Part shown: one piece after another, positions 49,657 through 57,669 of the stretch
Layout of the letters: each line of letters begins with the position of its first letter
How positions within the stretch are numbered: position 1 is the first letter of the stretch
Notes under the pieces: generated by a model
Told to the model about the DNA's origin: nothing
The model's input: the letters and a program-made list of their open reading frames with translations, nothing else
Database searches by the model: none
Source of the DNA: Methanobacteriota archaeon
GTDB taxonomy: Archaea; Halobacteriota; Bog-38; Methanoflorentales; Methanoflorentaceae
Length of the DNA stretch: 64,000 nucleotides
Assembly (NCBI GenBank): GCA_963720465.1
Contig: OY970393.1
Span: forward strand, 1,663,277-1,727,276
Direction of reading: 5' to 3'
Position numbers and translations under genes: made by a program

Positions 49657-50967
49657 TCAGCCGGTAGACGTGGACATTTCCGCCTGCTGACTGCGCGCCC
49701 GGATCCGCCGCCACACAGCGTCTAGCACTATGGCGAGCGCGGCAGCGATGAAGATAAAGGCTACCGTGGCGGGCTCCGACGCGACAAGATCGATAATGAA
49801 CAACACGAGAACGATGCCTGTTAGGGCTGTCGTGAATGCCAGAATCCACGCCGGTGTCGCGGTCTCCTTTCGAAGGACGAAGGCTGCGCCAAGGACAACC
49901 AAGAAGACGATAAGGGCGATCGCGCTGCCGAGCGACGCAATGGCGGTGATGTTGAGCAGGTTGAGTAGGACGAGAACGATGACCGCCGTAACGACGACGC
50001 CGCGCGGTCCTCCTATGCGGGAGCGGCCGCCAAAGAAACCAGGGAAAACCCCGCGTACCGCCATATTCTTAGTCACGTTGCCCGCTCCGAAGAGGTTGGC
50101 GTTGACGGACGTAGCGCACGCAATAAGAGCTGTAAAGGCCATCATGAGAAACCCGGCCTGACCGAGTACCGGCTTGGCTGCTACCGCGAGGGCGATGCTG
50201 CCGTGGGCGATTACCTCGTTGGCCGGCAACGAACCGAAGACGCCGAGCGAGACGAGGACGTAGAGCCCGACTGCGATGACGATCGCGAGGAACATCGCCC
50301 GCGGGAGCGTCCGCTTCGGATCGCGCATGTCGCCGGTCGCAAAGGTGATCACAGCGAATCCGATATAGGCGAAGAAGGTAAGCGCCGCTGCTGACGCGAT
50401 GCTGCTTGCGCCAGGATAATCGGACGGAGAGAGAAGTGAGGGCTGCAGCTGAGACGTGGTTGCGATGATAAAAATCGCAAAGACCGCGAGCATGATGATT
50501 ACGATAACCGATTGAAGTTTGACGACCGCCTCGGCGCCTACGATAACGACTGCCGCGATGGCGATGACCATTATGGTCCCGATGATCTTTGCCCAGATCA
50601 ATGGCGCTCCCTCTCCGAAGATGATTGCGGCGCCGTAGTTGCCAAAAGAGAGGGCGACCAAAGCGGTCACGACGATACCAGCGAAGTAATACATCCAGGC
50701 CCCAACCCCCGTGATGCGCCGGGCGCCAAACCCCTCGCTCAAAAAGGCCATGAGACCGCCGGAGCTCGGATAACGGATCCCTAGACGAGTGACTGTATAG
50801 CCGAGCAGGCCCGCAATCAGACCGCCGAGCGCGAACGAGATCCACGTCGCCGCGCCGGCGACAGCTCCCACCTCGCCTAAGAGGGCGAAGATACCCGCTC
50901 CGACCATGGAGCCTATGCCTAGGAAGGCAGCGCCCCAGGTCCCTATTCCCTTCTTCTCGCTTGCCAC
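49657..50967 (-). CDS. APC-superfamily amino-acid permease
   Basis: 12-TM protein with N-terminal GTWGAAFLGIGSMVGAGIFALLGE, typical of the APC family. Confidence 0.9.
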   Translation of the reverse strand: MASEKKGIGTWGAAFLGIGSMVGAGIFALLGEVGAVAGAATWISFALGGLIAGLLGYTVTRLGIRYPSSGGLMAFLSEGFGARRITGVGAWMYYFAGIVVTALVALSFGNYGAAIIFGEGAPLIWAKIIGTIMVIAIAAVVIVGAEAVVKLQSVIVIIMLAVFAIFIIATTSQLQPSLLSPSDYPGASSIASAAALTFFAYIGFAVITFATGDMRDPKRTLPRAMFLAIVIAVGLYVLVSLGVFGSLPANEVIAHGSIALAVAAKPVLGQAGFLMMAFTALIACATSVNANLFGAGNVTKNMAVRGVFPGFFGGRSRIGGPRGVVVTAVIVLVLLNLLNITAIASLGSAIALIVFLVVLGAAFVLRKETATPAWILAFTTALTGIVLVLFIIDLVASEPATVAFIFIAAALAIVLDAVWRRIRARSQQAEMSTSTG

Positions 50968-51203
50968 GCCGCAGTTCCTCTAATCACTCGCTGCCGGCCT
51001 TGTAAAATGTTACCATCGACTTTGGCAGCCAGCGTTATTACCGCAGATAGAACGCTCTTACGCAATAAAGGCTTGGCGTGATGCTATGTTATTAAGGATG
51101 CCTTTTAAGAATTCAAATATTTCTATCTTATTCAGACGCTCAGTTGTGCAACACAGCCGCCTACAGGGTAAACTATTTAATCGAAATACAATGAATCGGC
51201 GAC

Positions 51204-51647
51204 ATGGAATTTGAAACGTACGTGAAGTTCGCCAATAAATGGCCCGTCTGCTCTCTCGCAACCGTCGACGGCGATCAGCCGCAGGTGCGGACGTTTAGCA
51301 TGTGGTTTGCCGATACAGACGGCTTTTACTTTTCTACGAACACGGTGAAAGCGATCTACCGACAGCTCGCAGCGAACCCCAAAGTCGCGCTGGCCTTCTA
51401 CGCTCCTCCTAAAAAGCCGCCGTCAATACAGGACGTCACACCGAATTTAGGAACCATGATGCGCGTTATCGGAACAGCTGAATTCATTGACGATGCGGCC
51501 ATGAAAGAGCGCCTCTTATCCCAACGGCCATTCCTGCGCCCTTCTGCCGAAAACGTTGCCGTGTTTCGCGTAAAAAATGGCGAAGCGTGGTTTTGGACGT
51601 TTTCAGACAGTAAACGTGAATCAGAGATAGAGCGGGTTCGCTTTTAG
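51204..51647 (+). CDS. pyridoxamine 5'-phosphate oxidase-family (FMN-binding split-barrel) protein
   Basis: ..CSLATVDGDQPQVRTFSMWF.DGFYFSTN..K..Y.QL..NPKVAL...MRV.G.AEF pattern. Confidence 0.8.
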   Translation: MEFETYVKFANKWPVCSLATVDGDQPQVRTFSMWFADTDGFYFSTNTVKAIYRQLAANPKVALAFYAPPKKPPSIQDVTPNLGTMMRVIGTAEFIDDAAMKERLLSQRPFLRPSAENVAVFRVKNGEAWFWTFSDSKRESEIERVRF

Positions 51648-51699
51648 TGAAACGCCTTCTAAGAGAAGTGTATAAGAACGTGCCGTTTTGACCAACGCA

Positions 51700-52051
51700 G
51701 CCCGCTAACCCGCCCCCACGCAACGACCACGGCTGTGGTTAAAACGGTTGAGAGCCGCCTATTTGTTAGGCAACGAAGCGGCGATCGCTTCTGAATCACC
51801 TTGTGAGAACCATTCGCGGGAATTCTTTGACAGTTCATTGAACGCAGCCGCGTTTCTTCTGGCACGTCGACTGCCTCGGATGTTACCAGTTTCCCGTTCG
51901 CATCCTTCATAATGAAAACCATATCGATCACCCGGATGATAGCTTGTTTTTGAAATTTCAACAGCTTAGGGGCACCCTTACCACTGAACTTGTTACCAGG
52001 AAACTTGATCATCAGGTAGTCGAGCGGACCCATTACGTTACCTTGTGTCAT
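51700..52051 (-). pseudogene. decayed paralogue of the DUF6325-like gene (frameshift plus premature stop, no SHOCT partner)
   Basis: MGPLDYLMIKFPGNKFSGKGAPKLLKFQKQAIIRVIDMVFIMKDANGKLVTSEAVDVPEE then, in another frame, AAFNELSKNSREWFSQGDSEAIAASLPNK*. It is clearly alignable at nucleotide level with 24727-25170. Confidence 0.7.
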
Positions 52052-52293
52052 AATGCTCCTTCAATGCCCTAAAATAGCAATTGAGTACGGTAAAACTGGC
52101 CAATTAAAATATTTAACGATCAATGTTTGTTGTTGTTGGCTATCAATCCAATCAGAATTGGCCTTATATGCCGCTGGAGAGTAGTTTTCTTGTCGATTCA
52201 TGAATTACTGTTTGGCAGCATCTGCATGAAGGGCAAAACGAAGATCTTATGTAACTAAACTCGATTTTTAAGGGCGGTCCGCTAGAAGGATCT

Positions 52294-53253
52294 GTGGCTA
52301 CAAATGAGAAGATAATCTTGGAAACAAAAGGCGATTCAAAAATAGCGGTCGTTGCAGCGATCATCGGCAACCTGGTCATCGCGATTATCAAGTTCGTTGC
52401 GGCGGCAATTACCGGCTCGTCGGCGATGATTTCCGAGGGCATTCACTCGCTCGTCGATACGGGAAACGGTTGCCTCGTGCTGTTGGGAATGAACCGTGCC
52501 AAGCAGCCTGCCGATGAAAGTCACCCGTTTGGCTACGGCAAGTCGCTCTACTTCTGGACAAACATCGTGGCCATCTCCATCTTCGGCATCGGTGGTGGCT
52601 TGTCGCTGTTCGAGGGCATCTCGAGTATTCGCAACGTGGTGCCGGGCGCCCACATGGGCGATCCCACAGCGGCCTACGTCGTGCTCGCCCTCTCGTTCTT
52701 AGTCGAGGGTGCATCGTTCACCGTGGCCATTCGGCACTTCTTGCGGGCCAAGGGCGACGTGGGCGCTTGGCAGTTCATCAAGCAGTCGAAGGACCCGAGC
52801 CTCTACACGGTAGTGCTTGAGGACAGCGCGGCCTTGCTCGGCCTCATTTTCGCGTTCCTCGGGATCTTCCTCGGCCACCTGTTCAACAACGTGTATTTCG
52901 ACGGCGCAGCATCGATTGCAATCGGCGTGCTGCTGATGAGTGTGGCCTGGATTCTCGCGTCGCGGACCCAGGATTTACTGCTCGGCGAAGGTGTGAACCA
53001 TGACGAGCTCGCGGACATCAGGCGACGAGTGGAGTCAGATCCTTTAGTCGAGCGGGCCGGCGACATCCTTACGATGTATATGGGCCCACACGATCTGCTC
53101 GTGAACATGGGTGTGCGCTTCACTGCAGGCACCACAGCTGAGCAGATGCATCAGGCAATCCACCGCATTGAAGCCGACCTGCAGAGCGGGTACCCGGAGA
53201 TTAACCGCGTCTACATCGAAGCCGAGTCGTTGCCGGCCACGGCAATTGAATGA
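52294..53253 (+). CDS. cation diffusion facilitator (CDF) family metal transporter
   Basis: SSAMISEGIHSLVDTGN (H...D site), six TM helices and a C-terminal cytoplasmic domain. Confidence 0.9.
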   Translation: MATNEKIILETKGDSKIAVVAAIIGNLVIAIIKFVAAAITGSSAMISEGIHSLVDTGNGCLVLLGMNRAKQPADESHPFGYGKSLYFWTNIVAISIFGIGGGLSLFEGISSIRNVVPGAHMGDPTAAYVVLALSFLVEGASFTVAIRHFLRAKGDVGAWQFIKQSKDPSLYTVVLEDSAALLGLIFAFLGIFLGHLFNNVYFDGAASIAIGVLLMSVAWILASRTQDLLLGEGVNHDELADIRRRVESDPLVERAGDILTMYMGPHDLLVNMGVRFTAGTTAEQMHQAIHRIEADLQSGYPEINRVYIEAESLPATAIE

Positions 53254-53693
53254 AATGAGTTGCGCGCGGCTAATCACAGCGAATAAATGGCTTGCACCAA
53301 TCCCATTCACCACTATGCTAGCCGAACGACATTACTCAGCGGGTTTTGCCGCTGCTGCATTGCCCAAACACGAGGTATGGGAGATTCACCGCAGCAATAA
53401 AGGGGGTAGGGTGCAATAGGTCACAGTTGTTAGAAGACACGAACCGCTGACTGCCACCAAGAAGCAGTGCGAAAGTACTTTTCATGTTGTATAAAGTTAC
53501 GTCGTGCTGCCAACTCCAGGACGGGGTGCAAAATGCGCTCTAAATCTAAAAAAAAAGATGAGCCAGGAGCTAAGGAAAGGCCAAAGGGACACGAAAATGC
53601 TTCAATTACTTAACTTCTCAGATACCTTAAATCTTGAAGCGACGGAACTATATTTGAACGAATCCAATTAGCACACGCAAGAGGAGGTGAAAC

Positions 53694-53801
53694 ATGGATT
53701 GGAAGTGGTGGGCCGTCACTATAATTATAATCCTTTTCTTTTTGTTTGTCGTAATTGCCGGTGCACTTCTGCGGTGGGGTTTTTGGTCTAGCTTGTTCTA
53801 G
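53694..53801 (+). CDS. 35-aa single-TM micro-ORF
   Basis: GGAGGTGA at 53683-53690, 3 nt before the ATG. The product is MDWKWWAVTIIIILFFLFVVIAGALLRWGFWSSLF*. A second, decayed copy lies at 49229-49318. Confidence 0.4.
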   Translation: MDWKWWAVTIIIILFFLFVVIAGALLRWGFWSSLF

Positions 53802-53972
53802 CTTGGACTATAGCCTGAACCGTCATACTCAGGTTAAGCGCTTTAAATGCGCTTAGCGCCAGTTGTTCGCTCGGCGGTTTTGCGGCCTTCACTCCAAGCT
53901 TTCTTAAGTCAGGTCGGAAACGGAACACGCTGTGCCGGACATCGTTATTTTAGGCGGGGAGCGCACTCTCGC

Positions 53973-54393
53973 TTAGATCAATCGCTTACAATGTGTAGAG
54001 AGAAATAAACCCGTCTGAAACGTTTTATCGCTCACGAAGTAGAGTGAGATGACGAGTATAGCAGTCGCGATTAAGGCCAGTGCGAAACTCTGCACGTCGA
54101 CTGTCTGATAGCCGAAGGCGATAATTTTGCGCACCATTGCCGTGAGAGCCGCCCTAGCAACAGTCCAAGATTTATCGACGTTGTCTTCATGTAGCAGACC
54201 ACCGTCATCAGCAGCTCAAGGACGATTATCGCAGCAAAAAGGTCATTTAATCCGATTATCGAACTATCAGTGGGGCAGTAGTTGGTGATCCCTTCGACCT
54301 CGGCGACGAGAGCGATGAGCGCGAGGATATACCGGCGATTGACCTAACCGCGTCGCCCTTTTTTTGCGATAGGTGAAACCAGCGATTGGACAT
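53973..54393 (-). pseudogene. PsiE-like membrane protein gene with two frameshifts
   Basis: MSNRWFHLSQKKGDAVR / NRRYILALIALVAEVEGI..DLFAAIIVLELLMTVV.YMK / DNVDKSWTVARAALTAMVRKIIAFGYQTVDVQSFALALIATAILVISLYFV.. lie in three frames. The ..LELL....Y......V...A..A..RK.I pattern recalls PsiE. Confidence 0.5.
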
Positions 54394-54505
54394 TCGCGAT
54401 CTTCTGCGCGCGCAAAACGTGTCCCGCGGAATGAGAACGATCAGATTAAATACTTTCCAAAAAGTCTGTATAGTGATTTTTCAGCAAACGGGAGGTGAAA
54501 AACAA

Positions 54506-55018
54506 ATGGCTGAACAAAAGACTTCCATGTGGCTACGCATAGCGGAGATCATCGCCGGGTTAATCGTCGTTGTATTAGGCGGCTATGCACTCGCGTATCC
54601 GGGAATAACCGCGGCGACGCTGATCGCATTCCTTGCAGTCGGGCTTCTTATCATCGCGGGCATTGAATTGGTCAGGGTTTTTTCAGAAGGCATTTCAGGA
54701 TGGCGCCGACTTCTTAACTTGATTCTATCGATTATCGCCCTTCTACTAGCACTAGCAATACTTGTGTGGCCGATCATTGTGGGAGGAGTGGCCCTCGGCT
54801 GGATTGTAGCCCTAGCGTTGATCTTCGCTGGTTTTGCGGCAGTTGCACGCGGCACTCCAGGAATGCTAATCGTCGGGATAATCGCGGTCATATTAGGCTT
54901 TGTCGCGTTAGTATTACCTGGAATCGGCGTAGTCACGATAGTACTAGTGGTCGCGATAGGCCTAATCGTTTTGGGGCTAGAGTTGTTGGTATCAGGCCTC
55001 TTGGGAAGATGGGTGTGA
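54506..55018 (+). CDS. HdeD/DUF308 family membrane protein (copy 3, intact)
   Basis: Start at MAEQKTSMWLRIAEII.. (the listed 54386 start is upstream read-through). GGAGGTGA at 54491-54498 has the same 7-nt spacer as copy 2. Confidence 0.85.
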   Translation: MAEQKTSMWLRIAEIIAGLIVVVLGGYALAYPGITAATLIAFLAVGLLIIAGIELVRVFSEGISGWRRLLNLILSIIALLLALAILVWPIIVGGVALGWIVALALIFAGFAAVARGTPGMLIVGIIAVILGFVALVLPGIGVVTIVLVVAIGLIVLGLELLVSGLLGRWV

Positions 55019-55027
55019 CTCCCTCCC

Positions 55028-55039
55028 TTCTCTTTTTTT
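55028..55039 (+). terminator. oligo-T tract 10 nt after the DUF308 copy 3 stop
   Basis: ttctcttttttt, the same position and composition as after copy 2. Confidence 0.4.
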
Positions 55040-55218
55040 ACAGTCGCCGCTTGCATAGAGTATATATCGCCAGATTTCTGCAGAATAGACATGATGTGAC
55101 TGCGTCGTGCACTGTCCGGGCACACCTGTGACTTTGAGACTTCCTGCGTGGCTAACCATACAAGACTCGTACTGCCATTTTCAAAAATGGGCTGAGCCCG
55201 GCCCTCGTCGTTCGATCG

Positions 55219-55500
55219 TTAGAGGTTAGTTCGAGCCACTTTACGCGGACCCGCCTTGCGGTGCGGCACGCTGCGCATCCACTGCTTGACAGCCGCTCCA
55301 ATAATGAGCGCCGTCGCGGTGGCGAGGGTATCCCGAGCTCATACGTGTTGGCCTTAGCACCAGTAACGGTCAGCGGGATGGCTGCGAGGGGCGCGCGTAG
55401 TACAAGCCGCGATCGTGACCGCCGCCGTGCACGTGAAAAGCAAAACCAGGGGCAGGCTCGGAAAAAGTAAGCTAATGGCGAGTGGTACTTTTTTTGAAGC
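55219..55500 (-). pseudogene. ClC channel 3' fragment no. 3 (about 90 codons, at least 2 frameshifts)
   Basis: VPLAISLLFPSLPLVLLFTCTAAVTIAA / LVLRAPLAAIPLTVTGAKANTYELGIP / LATATALIIGAAVKQWMRSVPHRKAGPRKVARTNL* aligns with the intact MIALAISLLFPSVPTGLLITSVIAAAVTLVLGAPFAAILLTVTVATASTYELGYIGLATATALVIGTAFKTRMAQRTAKRR. Confidence 0.7.
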
Positions 55501-55539
55501 AGCACTCAAGCACGAACACGCGGAGGGATGTCCAAAGAT

Positions 55540-56388
55540 TCACTCTTCGCGCTTCTTCGCATCGACCGATTCTTTCAGGCCCTGGACCTCTGCTCGCATC
55601 CCTTTGAGCTCAGCGAGGTCAGCCTTGATTTCGTCAGTACGGTCCTCCAACGTGGACAGCTTGTCTAAGCGCCCCTCTATTGCGCTTAATTGCTCAAGGA
55701 CGTTTCCGATGGTCTCTTTGCTTGCATCGGTGACTTTTTCTCGATCGGCCCTGAAGCGCTCAAGGAGGGCCGTCGTGGTGGTGGCCGTCACAAGGCTGGC
55801 AAATAGGACGGCAGAGATCATTGCGATGACCGCGATAATCCTGCCAAGCCCTGTGTGAGGCACGATGTCCCCATAGCCAACTGTCGTCATAGTGACGATC
55901 ATAAACCACAGGGCATCGTTAGCGCTGCCGACGCTGGGATTAACGGGCGATTCGATCGAGTAGAACAGAAACGAGCCAACGATGATGACCAGCAAGTAGA
56001 CGGCTAAGCCGTAAATGAGCCGCGTCTTTTCAGCAAAAGCGAGGACTTCTTTTTCGATTCGTCGCGAGAATCTTAAAAGGGCGACGATTCGCACGAGTCG
56101 CAAAAGCTTGAAGACGAGTGTCAGCGGCACGGCGACACCGAACGCAACGAGCGCAATGTAATCAAAAGGAATGATGGCAAGAATGTCGCTCCATTGGTAC
56201 GCGACGTAGCTCAACTTGTTGTCTTCCTCGTTCACCCTAAACAGGTATTCGACCCACAAAAAGAGCACCACGACCGCATCAAACGTCGCTATTGCCTGTA
56301 AGCTGCCTGCTTTTAGGTTAAAAATGACCGTAATGAACAAGAAAAAGGCATCAAAAATGATGAGGATAAAGCATAGGACTTCGTACAA
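55540..56388 (-). CDS. 6-TM voltage-gated-like K+ channel with a C-terminal coiled coil
   Basis: Selectivity filter TTVGYGD, an S4-like segment LLRLVRIVALLRFSRR, and a heptad-rich tail. Confidence 0.85.
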   Translation of the reverse strand: MYEVLCFILIIFDAFFLFITVIFNLKAGSLQAIATFDAVVVLFLWVEYLFRVNEEDNKLSYVAYQWSDILAIIPFDYIALVAFGVAVPLTLVFKLLRLVRIVALLRFSRRIEKEVLAFAEKTRLIYGLAVYLLVIIVGSFLFYSIESPVNPSVGSANDALWFMIVTMTTVGYGDIVPHTGLGRIIAVIAMISAVLFASLVTATTTTALLERFRADREKVTDASKETIGNVLEQLSAIEGRLDKLSTLEDRTDEIKADLAELKGMRAEVQGLKESVDAKKREE

Positions 56389-56918
56389 AAAAGCGAATTC
56401 TCGAGCTCAGGCGAAAAACCTCGTTGAGACGACGGATTCTCGCAAAAATGTTGAAAAACTCAAACAATTCCGTAAGCTTCTCCGTAGGCTTCATAGTCCC
56501 TCTTAAGCTTGAGACACTCGATGCGGTCGCCCCAACCGCACGATGTGTCGAGTTAACTATTGCCGCATGCAATAAAAGTTACGAAATGACTCTGCGTAAT
56601 CAGCTTACGAGCCTTGAAGCGAGATTCGAGTTGTTGCATATTAGCGCAGCGAGGCTCCCAAAAAGCTGCACCGCGACTGTGGAGATCCGACAGACCAAAA
56701 GTTCTCTGGCAGACAGGGCCTACAAATTAAAGAAAAAGGGTATTTTTTCGGTCAGGCCATTACTTTCCTAGTAGAAACTTCGTCGATAACGGCCTGCACT
56801 TGAGGCGTCTAGCACCGCTGCTTTTTTAAAACTGGCGGTCTATAAAAAACAAGGCTGTTGCGGTATTTGTTGTTGGTGACCAGCCAGCAACAGTCGAATC
56901 CCGAAAGGAGACCTCAAA

Positions 56919-57455
56919 ATGAATAAGCCATACTGGGCCTTGTTGATCGCGCTCATCGTGGTTGGGGCCGTGTTGGTAGCAGGTTGCACCTCGCCTCTAG
57001 CGAACAACACTTCACCCACGCCCTCAACGGCTACCTCACAAACGAGCGAACAACTTGACGCGTTTCTTACGCAGTATGTATCGTCACTTTATGGAGAGTT
57101 TAAGAACAACACAACCGTCCTCTCGTGGGACGTCAAGTGGCGAAACAACACCACGGTCAATGTTGTAGTACGGTACAACCTGACAGCAACCACGAGCGTT
57201 ACTGACAACCAAACTATAACCCGTTTCCAAACCATTGACGACGCAACGAACTATGTACAAAGCCTCAATAAGTCAGGGTACGTTCTCACGACGAACGTGA
57301 CGTCCCTCCAGGCGAGAGCGTACCAGTTGATCGCTGGCCAGCCTACGGTGCACCAAGAGTACACAAAAATCGCGATTCAAAACCCGACTTACAGTAACAT
57401 CATACAAATCGATAGAATCGTTACGCTTGAAACGCTGAGCATAAACCGGAGCTAA
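56919..57455 (+). CDS. putative lipoprotein / secreted Asn-Thr-rich protein
   Basis: Signal peptide with a lipobox-like LVAGC|TS. Many N-x-T/S sequons. Confidence 0.6.
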   Translation: MNKPYWALLIALIVVGAVLVAGCTSPLANNTSPTPSTATSQTSEQLDAFLTQYVSSLYGEFKNNTTVLSWDVKWRNNTTVNVVVRYNLTATTSVTDNQTITRFQTIDDATNYVQSLNKSGYVLTTNVTSLQARAYQLIAGQPTVHQEYTKIAIQNPTYSNIIQIDRIVTLETLSINRS

Positions 57456-57669
57456 CTATCTTAGAGTGACGAGGACGACTTATGTGATTTCAGCCTCGTC
57501 TGTTAAGTCAGAGCAGGAGCTCGCAAGTCCACTTAGCGAAGGCGGCAAGTGCGTGAAAAAAGTAGGTGGCATTCGGTTCAAAATCTGGACGAAAGACTAC
57601 GTAGGTGATGATTCCCCGCACGTGCGAGCTGCCAGCCCACATGAAGGTTTATCGTGTGGGCTTCTGTAC

